64,000 nt of DNA. Source: Carpediemonas membranifera BICM (taxonomy: Eukaryota; Protista; Fornicata). How positions within the stretch are numbered: position 1 is the first letter of the stretch; every line of letters begins with the position of its first letter. The stretch spans positions 656,214 through 720,213 of the forward strand of contig JAHDYR010000053.1 of the NCBI GenBank assembly GCA_019828565.1. Reading direction: 5' to 3'. Below, piece by piece: positions 31,596 through 42,479 of the stretch. A program made the position numbers and the translations under genes. The notes under the pieces were generated by a model that had not been told where the DNA came from, did no database searches, and saw nothing but the letters and a program-made list of their open reading frames with translations.

Positions 31596-33608
31596 ATGAG
31601 CGCTAAGCGACCCGTCGACGAGCCTGTTTCGCATATCCCGTATCTGGATAGCACAAAATGGGCGGAACTTAACGTATGTGACCGGAAAAGCCTCGCTTGT
31701 CATCTATTTCTCACACAGATCCGCGAAAAGACCGCTCTTCACCAACGCGACGCCGTTTTGGCCAAGCTTCGCGAGTTCCAGGAGTACGAGGCAAAGCGCA
31801 AGATTGAGCTTGACGAGGCCTATCGTCGTGCCGAGATTTCCGAGCAAGGCTTCAAGCTCCTGCTCGACATGGTGAGGACACTCCATGCCCACGTCACAGC
31901 CGCCATTGGCAAGAACTGCGTCCCCTCCCCTAGGGACATGGCGTCGTTCTCGAACTCTGTATTCGGCCTCTTCGCTGGAGCTGTGGCGGGTACTCTTGGC
32001 ATCGAGGACACCGACCAGGCTCTGAACACGCAGTTTAAGAAGCTCTGCCTCCTCTGTGACGGCATCCAGCGCAGCCAGGCCGGTAACCCGCAGTATTCCT
32101 CCGATCTTGTGGCAGCATTGCTCGAGACTAAGGAGAAGTTCATGAGTATGGTCGAGAACGAGACGGCCAAGGCTGAGAACGACCGGCTCCAGCGTGAGCT
32201 CACCATCACTGACGACAAGCTCAAGCTTTCTATCCAGCAAGCCGACCTTTTCCGTCAGGATAAGAACCGTCTCCTTGCCCTGAAGCGGAGGCTTGAGAAG
32301 GAGAACTCGGAGCTCAAGACGCAGCTTAAGAACTCAGCCACAGCCGCCCCCTCTGCTTCTATCAAGTCCGAAGCCAGTGATGACCTCAGACTCGAGAGTG
32401 CATCCCTCAAGGCCCAGCTGGCCGACCTCAAGCAGCAGGTCAAGCACCTCCAGGAGGAGGACGAGAAGGCTGTGAGGAAGCTCATCGACGAGGACGTCAA
32501 CGAGGCCGGCAACCAGCCCCCCAGCATTGAATCCATCAACGTGGAGAGAGAAGCGTGGAACAAGGAGAGAACCGCCCTGGAGCAGCAGGTTCGCGCCCTC
32601 AAGGAGACCGTGGCCGCCCACGCCAACGCCACGTCCACTCCTCCGCCCAGCCTCCTCGAGGAGATCAGCAGACTCCAGACAGCCCTCTCCACACAGCAGG
32701 AGCCTGCCCCCGTCGCCCCGGTGGTCAAGGTGGAGATCGAGGAGACCGCCAAGGCTGCGTTAGAGACCGCAGACAGACTCCGGGGTGAACTGAAGAGCGC
32801 GACTGAGAAGCTCGCGAAGTGGGTTGCCGGGCATGACGGGGACGACGCAGACATTTGGGAGGAGCTCGCCAACGACGTTACAACCGCGACTGAGTCAAGA
32901 GACCGCGCCCTCGAGGAGCTCCAGTCGGCTAGGGAGCAGATCGCCTCAAACGCTACACAGGTTCTCGAGCTCAACACCAAGATTCAGGCAGCTGTTGACA
33001 AGGTCAAGGTCGTCTCCTCAGAGAAAGAGGCCGCCGAACAGAGGGCCGGGAAGGCCCTGGTCGAGCTGGACGGGGCGAGGGAGGCCATGGACAAGCTCCG
33101 CGTGGAGATCGCAGATTCGGTCCACTCCAGACTGATGAAGGAGGCTGAGACCTCAGCCGAGACTGCCAGGGCGGCAAACCTGGAGCAGAAGCTGCTACAG
33201 CTGCGCCAGGATAAGAACCGCGTGGAGAGAAAGCTTGCTACTCTCGAGAAATGGAAGGAGCACTTTAACGACGCCCTAAGGCCGAAGAACAGCGAGATCT
33301 CGGACCTGGGTGACAGAATCACAGGGCTGGAGGCCGAGAAGAGAGAGCTGCTCAACATTCTCCGCGGCAAGACTGGCGCCGACGGTCAGGCTGTTGACTT
33401 GACTTCTCTGGTGATGAAGTACGAAGGTCTTGCAAAGTGCCCCATCTGCAAGCAGAACCCGCGGCAGAGGGCTCTTCGGAAGTGCGGTCATACATTCTGT
33501 AAGAAGTGTCTTGATGACCGCGTGGCCACGAGAGAGCGGCACTGTCCCTCGTGCAATAAGCGGTTCGATGATACACGCGATATTATGCCTATCGTCATCC
33601 AGACCTAG
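31596..33608 (+). CDS. BRE1: BRE1-like E3 ubiquitin ligase (long coiled coil + C-terminal RING)
   Basis: C-terminal CPIC...KCGHTFC..C...RERHCPSCNKRF, the BRE1-type RING. Probable in-frame intron 31674-31718. Confidence 0.75.
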   Translation: MSAKRPVDEPVSHIPYLDSTKWAELNVCDRKSLACHLFLTQIREKTALHQRDAVLAKLREFQEYEAKRKIELDEAYRRAEISEQGFKLLLDMVRTLHAHVTAAIGKNCVPSPRDMASFSNSVFGLFAGAVAGTLGIEDTDQALNTQFKKLCLLCDGIQRSQAGNPQYSSDLVAALLETKEKFMSMVENETAKAENDRLQRELTITDDKLKLSIQQADLFRQDKNRLLALKRRLEKENSELKTQLKNSATAAPSASIKSEASDDLRLESASLKAQLADLKQQVKHLQEEDEKAVRKLIDEDVNEAGNQPPSIESINVEREAWNKERTALEQQVRALKETVAAHANATSTPPPSLLEEISRLQTALSTQQEPAPVAPVVKVEIEETAKAALETADRLRGELKSATEKLAKWVAGHDGDDADIWEELANDVTTATESRDRALEELQSAREQIASNATQVLELNTKIQAAVDKVKVVSSEKEAAEQRAGKALVELDGAREAMDKLRVEIADSVHSRLMKEAETSAETARAANLEQKLLQLRQDKNRVERKLATLEKWKEHFNDALRPKNSEISDLGDRITGLEAEKRELLNILRGKTGADGQAVDLTSLVMKYEGLAKCPICKQNPRQRALRKCGHTFCKKCLDDRVATRERHCPSCNKRFDDTRDIMPIVIQT

Positions 33609-33785
33609 GGCTGGCTGCTGTCGAGCTGTGCTTTTGTGAATAAAGAATCTTAGACTCGTGACTTGTACCAGTTGATGGGCAGTGATGAGCTCAGCACCGG
33701 GTCCCTGTCAATTCATAATGTGCCATGGATCAACGCAACCCATCCTATGGAGGTCCCCCCCCCCCAACTACGCTATGAACAACAT

Positions 33786-34982
33786 TTACTTCTGCCACAC
33801 GATGTTGGGGCCAACCTCCTCCCACTCCTGCTTGGTGATCCACGCGTCGTTGTTGCTCGCCATCACCTGACCGAGCACAGCTGCGCCGATGAACACAAAG
33901 TGCTTGCGCCTGGGAGGGTCCTCGATGTTGATCTTGAACGGTACCTGGCTGAAGAGGTCGTCGCGGCCCTTGAGCACCTTACGGATGTACAGCTCCTTGA
34001 GATCAACCCCCAGACGATAGGGGAGCCCCGGGAACATCGAGCTGCCGCCAGACAGGACGATGTGCTCGTAGAAGGAGGAGCGGACATCAATGTCGGAGTT
34101 CTGGATGACGTTGAAGAGAGCCTCAGCCATGCCGACGGACTCAACGTCGATGAGGTCCGGCTGGAAGAGGACTTCGGGCGCCTGGAAGCGCTCTTGGGCA
34201 CACTTGATGGTGCGGCCGTCAGGGAGGTTGTACGTCTCGACGAGGGAGGTGGTCTCGAGGGCGAGACGCTTCTCCATCTCCCAGTCGGAAGCGGTGTAGC
34301 AGAGCTTCTCCTTAAGCTCGCGGATGACTTCAAAGTCAGCGGTGGAGTTGAAGGCATAGCCACGGGCCAGGAGGAGCTTGATCAGATAGCGCGTGATGTC
34401 GCGGCCGGCGACGTCGATGCGCTTGATGAGGTGGTGGAGGACGTAGCCCTCCGACACGGGGACAATGTGGGTCACACCGTCGCCAGAGTCAATGACGACG
34501 CCGGACGTCAGGCCCTGGGCGTATAGGCACAGCTTGGCCTGGTATTCTACAAAGCAGCCCTGGAACTGATAGTCCTCGAGCATTGTCTCGACCATGCGCT
34601 CGCGGTTCTTCTTCGGGTTCATCGGGGCCTCGGTAAGCACGATGCGGCGCTCGGTAGGATCAACCTTGAGCTTCTCGTTGAAGGTATAGTCCCAGAGAAG
34701 CTTCATGTCGTCCCAATCCTTGATGACGCCGTGCTCGAGCGGGTGCCGCAATTCAAGCATCGAGCGAACGGGCGTGCACTCATCGCCGATCCTGTGTTAT
34801 GTGGAGAGGTTGCTGATTACAAACATGACGTCCTTGAGCTCAACATCAAGGAGCTCTTCCTTGAAACGAAGAGTGGGGCGGCCCAGGAGGGCGGGGAAGG
34901 TGGAGGTGGGGAAATCGTCGCCAGCGAAACCGCATTTGACAAAACCTGTTCCATTATCACAAATTACGGCCGGGAGATCCAT
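33786..34982 (-). CDS. ARP2: Actin-related protein 2 (intron 34792-34824)
   Basis: [46 protein letters not shown] and IEDPPRRKH. Confidence 0.96.
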
Positions 34983-35199
34983 ATATTGTTGGCCTTTGGG
35001 TTCTGAGAATGATGGTGTTGAAGAAAAAACGAAGACACGAATCAAGTGAGCTGCAGGCTAGATGACGTTGGCAGAAGCAGCTTGGACTGTCTAGACACGC
35101 GCAGGCTTTTCTCCGCAACCCCATCGCATTCGCAAATCTGACAAAACCCAAGAACTGCGAAGCTCCCAACTGATGATGTCAAACTCACAATAGCCGCGT

Positions 35200-35791
35200 T
35201 TACATCTGTTGCAGGAACTGAATCAACCCTGCAAGCGCCCTTGACCTATGGCTGATTGTGTTCTTCTCCTCATGCGACATCTCAGCGAAGGTCTGCTCCT
35301 TCCCGTCAGGCTGGAAGATTGGGTCCCATCCAAAGTAATTGCCACGGGGAGGCACGATTCTACCCTGGCAACGGCCCGGGAAGAGGTGGACTTCGTGGCC
35401 AGGCCCGTCAGTGTATCCAAAGATGGTCTGTGAGTACGCAGACTTGTCCTCGAAGCCAGCAAGGATGGTGTTGAGACCTTCATGGCCGAGCTTCTTCAGG
35501 AAGTCCTTGATGTATGGTCCGGGCTGGGTGAGGGTGGAAGGAAGGCGGACAAACGAGGCCGTGGAGGGCGTTGAAGCAAAGAGAGGTGTCTTCCACAATA
35601 GTGGGGCCCTTGATACTTTCAGCTGCAAGTCTAGTCTTCTCTCTGCAGATATCTTCGGGTTCACCTTGAAGCTCGGGGAGATCAACGTCGTGGTTCTCGA
35701 TCTCAATACCCTCGACCTTGCCAAGCATTGCCTTGACTTCTGCGAGCTTATTTTTGTTACCGGTCACGAATGTGAGAGTCTTAGAAACCAT
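35200..35791 (-). CDS. ITPA: Inosine triphosphate pyrophosphatase (Ham1 family; intron 35524-35554)
   Basis: [23 protein letters not shown]|[15 protein letters not shown] and KNTISHR. Confidence 0.96.
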
Positions 35792-36078
35792 CGTTTGCTA
35801 TTTGGAGACTCGGGTTCCCGTCAGGTCGATTCTGTCATAAAATGCACATTAGTTATGTTGTCTGAGGTTAGTGCTAGCCCGAGACTCCAGACCGACAGCA
35901 CGCAGTTTTCAAGTATTTTATTCAGCTCAACATGGTCCGGCGACATAGTAATAATGAGACACAAAGTCAGACGCGGCTTCAGCATCTCTCATAGCCGTAG
36001 CGAACTCCCCCGCCCCAGAATTGGCCCTGGCATCTCATATCCGCTGAAGTCTTTGCTCAGTCTTCCGACGCAATCAGC

Positions 36079-37344
36079 ATGAACCTCTTTCTCTTTGCGG
36101 TACTTTTCGCCACAGTTCTATGCACGTCATCGCTGCCACACTTCCTTGTTCACTTTATGGAAGAAATCACTCTTCCAAACTCCACGCTTGGCGACAGCTT
36201 CGGAGCCTCCATCATAATCAACAAGAATGTCTTGTACATCGGCTCCCCAGGAGGGACGTTAGACACTGGAAACGTATACATCTACAAACGCTTCGGCTCG
36301 AAGTGGCACATCGTCTCTACGATCTGCCCGCACACTCAGCCTATAGGCAGCTACTTTGGACGAAGCATGGCCCTCGCCAACGACTACCTCTACATCGGAC
36401 AGCCCGACATCAACTTCGACACCGGCTCTGTGTCTGTATTCGCGATGAGTCGCCAGGGGCTTGAGTGGCACGATGCCACGACCATTGTACCCACAGATAT
36501 GCCGCATCACTCTTATTTTGGGTACAACATCGATGCTAGTGGAAACACACTCATCGTTGGAGCATACGGCTTCGACTCATCACGCGGCATGGCCGTTATT
36601 TACGAACACGAGCAGAATAAGGGCGTATGGTCGAGAACGGCGGAGCTACAGGACACATGGACGAAACCGGGCGACCACTTCGGGTTCTCCGTGGCCGTGG
36701 AGGGCGACATAGCCGTCGTAGGGTCCTGGTGCACCGCCCACTACGGCCTCCTCTGCAGCGGGTCCGCCAAGGTCTTCGAACGCCGTTCCCTGTCTGGCGT
36801 CACCGACCTGCACTGTTCCGACTTGGTGGAGTCAGGAATAGAGTCATGGGTAATGACCCAAGTCCTCGAGCCGACTGTACCAGAAGCTGGCGGTCGGTTT
36901 GGATATTCAGTGAAGCTACACGACACAGTCATCTACGCCTCGATGCCGGGCCAAGTGAACACGCCCGACGGCAGCGTCATTGTGTTTACCCGACCCGCGG
37001 GACAGGACCGTTATCACCCAGCCCAGCTGATCCTTGCTGAGAGACCTGGGCAATCAGATGATGAAGACGAGGCCGACACCACCAACAACCGCTTCGGCAC
37101 GTCTCTCTCAGTCTCGCCCCGCGGTCTGATCGTTGGAGCTCCCAGTGAGGGGCCCGGCAAGGCTGGGGCCGTTTTCTGGTTTATAGGCACGCCCGGCAAC
37201 TTCACGCAGCGGTACAGCTTGACTGCCGTGGGCGATGATCACGTTCTGTTCGGATCAACGGTGGAGTTTGATGGCGACTTTATCGCTGCTTGGGCCCGAA
37301 ATGATGACGGACCTTCATCCGTGATGACCTATGTCATCCAGTAA
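36079..37344 (+). CDS. Secreted FG-GAP repeat beta-propeller protein
   Basis: Signal peptide and repeated FG.S(V/I)...(V/I)GA(P/Y)...G.(V/A).(V/I)(F/Y) units. Confidence 0.85.
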   Translation: MNLFLFAVLFATVLCTSSLPHFLVHFMEEITLPNSTLGDSFGASIIINKNVLYIGSPGGTLDTGNVYIYKRFGSKWHIVSTICPHTQPIGSYFGRSMALANDYLYIGQPDINFDTGSVSVFAMSRQGLEWHDATTIVPTDMPHHSYFGYNIDASGNTLIVGAYGFDSSRGMAVIYEHEQNKGVWSRTAELQDTWTKPGDHFGFSVAVEGDIAVVGSWCTAHYGLLCSGSAKVFERRSLSGVTDLHCSDLVESGIESWVMTQVLEPTVPEAGGRFGYSVKLHDTVIYASMPGQVNTPDGSVIVFTRPAGQDRYHPAQLILAERPGQSDDEDEADTTNNRFGTSLSVSPRGLIVGAPSEGPGKAGAVFWFIGTPGNFTQRYSLTAVGDDHVLFGSTVEFDGDFIAAWARNDDGPSSVMTYVIQ

Positions 37345-37430
37345 GATTAGACCGACTAGTAAAGCCATTCCTTCATGTTACTCACGTACAATCAGCCAAA
37401 AAGACATTTACAGCGAATAATACAATACAA

Positions 37431-39152
37431 TCACCCCTGCTTGTTCACCATAATCACATGCCGCCTCGACTGGTGCGGATGGCCTGGGTGCAACCGGCTG
37501 CTCCCTTGGGTCACGGGCCGGGACGCTGTGCGGGGCAGGCGAACGGGCGCGGTCGGCAGCCCCCCGCCAGTGGAAGGGCGCATGGAGCTCAGCGCTAGCT
37601 CAGGCACAGATGAGTCACGACGCGGGGTTGAGGGGTTCCGATACGGCTCGACCGTTGTGGTAAAGGCGTTATTGACAATATTGCTCCCCGGATGCGGCGG
37701 GGTGGGAGGCCGACTTCCAGTAGCAGGCCTTGAATTACTCAAAACTGCCTTATCACCACCAAGCATGGCCGTGCCGTTCCGTGTCGGCGGCAGGGCCCCA
37801 GCATATCCCATGCTCTGCGGCCGGTCGTCCAGGAGATGTGTGAACGTCTGGAACAGGCTTGGGCGCTTGCTGAGAGAGGATGACCGGACGCCGTTCCGGC
37901 TAAGGCCTGAAGGTGTCATTTCCCTGAGAGTCTCGGTGATGTCGACCTCGTTCGTCAGGCGGGAGTCCTCGGCAAGAAGCACACGCTGCTCTAGGGCCAC
38001 GAAACGGGCATCACTGGCCTTGGCGTCGGCTGGGTTCTTCATGATGAGCTTCACAAGCCTTTCCTCCACCTCATTGATGTGTTCTTGCAAGTCCGCAGTC
38101 CGTCTGGCCTCCCGGTCGATAGCGGCCTTCTCGAACTCCCTATTGGCCTGCCGGGTATCGTTCAGTGTGTTTCTCATGTCCTGTACCTGGATGAGCAGAT
38201 TGCTGGTCGCCACATCAGATGATTCGACGCGCTTCACACACTCCTGCGTCTGGATGCTGATATCAGCTATCCTCTCGCCCGTAGTGAGCAGACCCTGCTC
38301 GTGGTCGTCGATGGCTTCGTTCACCTTCGAGAACAGCTGTTGGGTTTCACGGTGGCGGGTGTCGGCAAGGTGTCGCGCCTCATCGAGTGCAGAATACGTC
38401 GAGTGGGTCTTCTTAATGTTCTCGTTCAGGCTGCTGTGGACCCTGCCGAGCGTCGTCTTCAGCTGGTCGGCCCTATCAGCCGCTGCCTGATGTCTGGCCG
38501 AGTTCTCGTCCTGGTACGCCGCCCACTCCTCTCTCTCTGCCTTGTGGGTGTGATCCATGTCGTCCAAGGTCTGGTTGACATCTGACAGTGTGGTGTCCAT
38601 GCGAGTCAAGTCACTGGTAATCACTCCATCACGCTCAAGCTGCTCAGAGTGCTGGCGTATAACCCGTTTGTCCAATGTGGTCAGCGCCTGGTCGAGCTCG
38701 TGGCGCTGGCTCTCTGCAATAGCGAGTGTCTCGTCCAATCGCCGACGTTCGGCGTTGGCTTGGTCCTCTAGGTCGTTCTGGGCTCGTTTGATTGCGTCGT
38801 GCGTGGCTGCCAGCTCGATCTTGTTATCTTCAATGTGCTGGGCAAGCCCCTCTGCGTTGTCTTTCGCCAGCTTCTCGGTTTGGGCCAGTCTCTTCTCCAT
38901 TTCGCCCATCTTTTCCGTCATTTCGAATGTGTACTATCGTTAGCAGTTCAGAGGTGGACAAACCTTCTTGAAGCGGGTATCCAGGTCATTTGCATGGTCT
39001 TTCACTTGCTGAAGTGTCGCATTGGTATTGTTAACCCATGTGACTAGGGGATTTAGCTGTCCTAGCAGAATTTGGATCGTCTGTGCAATAGGCGTTGGAA
39101 TATTCTTCCATTCCGACGGTACATAGGATGGGAGATCAAGTGAGAAACTCAT
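37431..39152 (-). CDS. Long coiled-coil protein with Pro/Ser/Arg-rich tail (intron 38934-38963)
   Basis: A 30-nt GTTTGT...CTAACGATAG intron joins 38940-39152 to the 496-aa ORF. Confidence 0.75.
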
Positions 39153-39195
39153 CGGGCGCGAGATCGGCCACGGTGCAGTTTAGCCCATTTGCCCA

Positions 39196-39239
39196 TGTGC
39201 TATTGAAGGGTCAAACAATGTGTTTACACTGCGCAACAC
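39196..39239. repeat. 44-bp dispersed element, copy 2
   Basis: 43/44 identical to 10342-10385, same orientation. Confidence 0.9.
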
Positions 39240-39717
39240 TGCCCTTTCTCCCTCCTACTCACGTCTTAAGTCTGTAGGGAGATCGTCTTCTCCAGGGCTT
39301 CCACAAAGCGTCTTCTTCGTGGACGTCAGCACAGCTGCAAACATCACAATCGCTCACACATCGTCTCATTGTCTTCTATTCCACATTAAATTCACTGCTA
39401 CACTTGTATAGGCTGGTAATGGTGTTCATCGTCGGCTCTTATATGTCATCTTCATCAATGACCAGCTGCACACCTGTAGTGCGCAACAAGATGGAGATAT
39501 ATACGATCAAAGCCTCCATCAAGCAAGCTTTCAGACAGAACTACACCGAAGAACGGAGAGTGGGGGATTACGCCGCAGCAAAATATCTCTACTCATGCCT
39601 GCTGGCCCGGCTCGCGGTTGAATGCTATGCGCTCTGCTGCCGGCCAAGAGACTCAATGACCGATCGTGCTGCACTGGGGCGCTGCTCTCGGTCTGGTGGC
39701 TCCGGGGTTTGACTCGA

Positions 39718-41841
39718 ATGACTTCTGTCGTGTGTCGGCCGATGGATCCGTGGGAGACCTTTTGCGATGACCTTGACGCCAATCTGGGCGCAGATAAGGG
39801 TGTTATGGTTGGTGTTTCCGCATCCAACGTTGTAGAGTATGATCCCGCCTTCCGCGACGTTAAACAGGCATCCGAGGCTCCACAGAGCGTTTCAAAGGCC
39901 GAGAAGAAGCAAAACAAGCTAAAGCTGGCTCATAGGGATATACCAAAGCTAGAGGTTGTGCCCACTCCTTATCGCGAGGCTCCCAGCGTCGTAGCCCGTA
40001 CTGACGAGGAGGTCGAGGCCTTCAGAGCGTCGCACTCGATCGAGATCGACGGCACAGACGTCCCGCACCCGATCAAGCGCTGGGATGAGGCCGGGTTGAT
40101 TAGCGCCGTCCTCCATAAGTTTGTCAGCGAGGGCTGGAAAGAACCCACTGCAATCCAGTGCCAAGCTCTCCCGGTCGTCATGACGGGTAGGAACCTCATA
40201 GGTATAGCAGAGACTGGTTCAGGAAAGACTCTGGCGTTCGTTCTTCCCATGCTTCGGCACGTTGCGGCTCAGACTCGAAGCAGGGGCCGTGGAAAGCCGG
40301 CCATGCCTGTCGCCGTCATTCTATCGCCCACACGAGAGCTCGCCCAGCAGATATCAGACGTGATTGAGAAGTTTGTCGGCCTATACAAGCCCGAAATCCG
40401 GCTGGCCACATGCATTGGGGGCGACTCCATCGACCGCGACATCGGCAAGTTCAAAGCAGGCGTTGACATCGTATGTGCCACGCCAGGCCGTCTGGTAGAC
40501 ATTCTAACCATCCAAAACTGCAAGGTAGCGAACCTCCATCGCGCTTCGTTCGTCGTTCTCGATGAGGCCGACCGAATGTTCGACCAAGGGTTCGGGCAGC
40601 AGGTCAAGACCATCTTACGATGGGCGCCCAAGGAGAAGCAGACCGTCATGTTCAGCGCCACTTTCCCACGCGAGATGGAGATCCTAGCACGCGACACACT
40701 GGTCAACCCGACCACTAAGAAATCTGATTATGTTCGTATCCGGATTGGCGGTGTAACCAAACTTTCGCCATTGATTCAGCAGCATGTGAAAGTCGTTGAG
40801 CACTATGAGAAAATGACCCACCTTGCCGCAGCCCTGAGAGAACACGTCGTCGGCGACCAAGCAGCAATTGTATTTGTCAACGAGCAAACTGATGCTGACA
40901 AACTGTTCCAAGCGGTCAAGAGTGAGATCCCAGATATTAGATTCGGTGTATCTCACGGTGGCAAGATCCAGGAAGATCGAGAAGCCGCCATGGAAGCTCT
41001 CCGAACCGGCGAGACCCAGGTTCTCATTGCCACGTCAGTCGCAGCCCGCGGCATCGATGTAGACAAGGTGCGGCTCGTCTTCAACTACGCCGCCCCCGAC
41101 CATCTTGAGGACTACGTCCACCGTTGTGGAAGGACTGGTCGGGCAGGGACGAAGGGCGTGGCGATTACCATGGTCACTGCCGCGGACGAGGCGTCAGCAG
41201 AGCCCATCGCCTTCTCCTTGGCTGATAGCGGGGTAGCCGTGCCGCATGAGCTTTGGTACCTCGTCGCCGCCCGCCGATACCGCGTTGCGGCCGGCCATGC
41301 CAAAAAAAAGCACTCCGGGTTCGAAGGTCGTGGGTTCAAATTCAGTGCGTTGGAACAGCGGAAGGTAGCTGAGGAGCGCCAGAAGAAGGCAGAGACAGCT
41401 GACATTGAGGTCGAAGAGCTCGAGACAGAGCAGCCAAAGAAGAAACATGTCGCTCGTGAGAAGACTTTTGTTGACCGACTCGACCCAGCTCTGCTCCAGA
41501 CAGCCAACGACATCGCTCGCCGCCTTGCTGAGGAGTCCAACCAAGAGTTCAGGCCCATCGATCAGTACCGCATTCTAATACCCGCGGGTCAGCTCGATAC
41601 GACAACGCGCGGGTCTGTCATGCAGGCAGAGTTCAAGGAGGAGCTCAGCAGCAAGTTTGAGTGCAATCTGGTGCTACGTGGCACTTATATTAGCGGGGGC
41701 ACGGGCGCTGAGAGAGCGGCGGCGCAGCACTTCATCTTGACTGGAAGAAACGCGGGCTTGCTGAGGGCGGCGCGGGATCTTGTCAAGGAGCGGATCGGGG
41801 AGGTCCAGGCCAAGGGCGGGGGTCGGTATTCGTTTGAATGA
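39718..41841 (+). CDS. PRP5: DEAD-box RNA helicase PRP5/DDX46
   Basis: AETGSGKT, PTRELA, TPGR, DEAD, SAT, HRCGRTGRAG, plus DDX46-type DPWETF, GFEGRGFKF and C-terminal GRY. Confidence 0.85.
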   Translation: MTSVVCRPMDPWETFCDDLDANLGADKGVMVGVSASNVVEYDPAFRDVKQASEAPQSVSKAEKKQNKLKLAHRDIPKLEVVPTPYREAPSVVARTDEEVEAFRASHSIEIDGTDVPHPIKRWDEAGLISAVLHKFVSEGWKEPTAIQCQALPVVMTGRNLIGIAETGSGKTLAFVLPMLRHVAAQTRSRGRGKPAMPVAVILSPTRELAQQISDVIEKFVGLYKPEIRLATCIGGDSIDRDIGKFKAGVDIVCATPGRLVDILTIQNCKVANLHRASFVVLDEADRMFDQGFGQQVKTILRWAPKEKQTVMFSATFPREMEILARDTLVNPTTKKSDYVRIRIGGVTKLSPLIQQHVKVVEHYEKMTHLAAALREHVVGDQAAIVFVNEQTDADKLFQAVKSEIPDIRFGVSHGGKIQEDREAAMEALRTGETQVLIATSVAARGIDVDKVRLVFNYAAPDHLEDYVHRCGRTGRAGTKGVAITMVTAADEASAEPIAFSLADSGVAVPHELWYLVAARRYRVAAGHAKKKHSGFEGRGFKFSALEQRKVAEERQKKAETADIEVEELETEQPKKKHVAREKTFVDRLDPALLQTANDIARRLAEESNQEFRPIDQYRILIPAGQLDTTTRGSVMQAEFKEELSSKFECNLVLRGTYISGGTGAERAAAQHFILTGRNAGLLRAARDLVKERIGEVQAKGGGRYSFE

Positions 41842-42479
41842 AAGGCTCATGATTGTGTTTTGGTTTTAAAGTATGTGTCAAGCCATGCTCCGTTGCTGGT
41901 GGACGGCTTCGAGGTCAAGTTTGGTCTTGATTCAAGAGCAGCCTCAGTGGAAAGCACGCCAGTATGACCTGTATGACGTGGACGCCGTGATTCTTAATCT
42001 CGACCGATCCGCTCCTTACCCTTTACGTGAGTTGGCTCACAAATGGATTATTCAATCCAGGGCGTGTCTGGATACACATCGTATTAGATCCTTTTCCTTA
42101 GTGGACGGGCGGCAGCGATGGAACACCCTCAGTCGGCCCCAGACCGGACGCCATAGTTACTCGACACCGCTGAGCCAAAGGGAACCCAGTCAAGCAAGGG
42201 TGGACCCAATCCCAGAGTCGGGGTCAGCTCAACAGAGAGAAACGTGTGGCATCGACTGCGTGATCCCGACGCTATTGATAAGGCAGTTGACGATGTCAGA
42301 CTCGTCTACTATGTCCCTTCAGCGCTGATCTGTTCATGTTCTTGCAGATACTGGTTTAGCAGCGTTTATTAACCATCGCCGACTCAGACCTCTGATCGAC
42401 GCAGCAGGGACAAGCACAGCTCCGGTTCATTTACATGACCAACCTCGATATACATAGGAAAACAGTAAATCACCACACC

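Noticed and set aside
41873-42328. 151-aa ORF after PRP5, plus short ORFs at 15333-15778 and 63494-63976
   Set aside because: No recognisable motifs or coding-like codon bias; cannot be supported.
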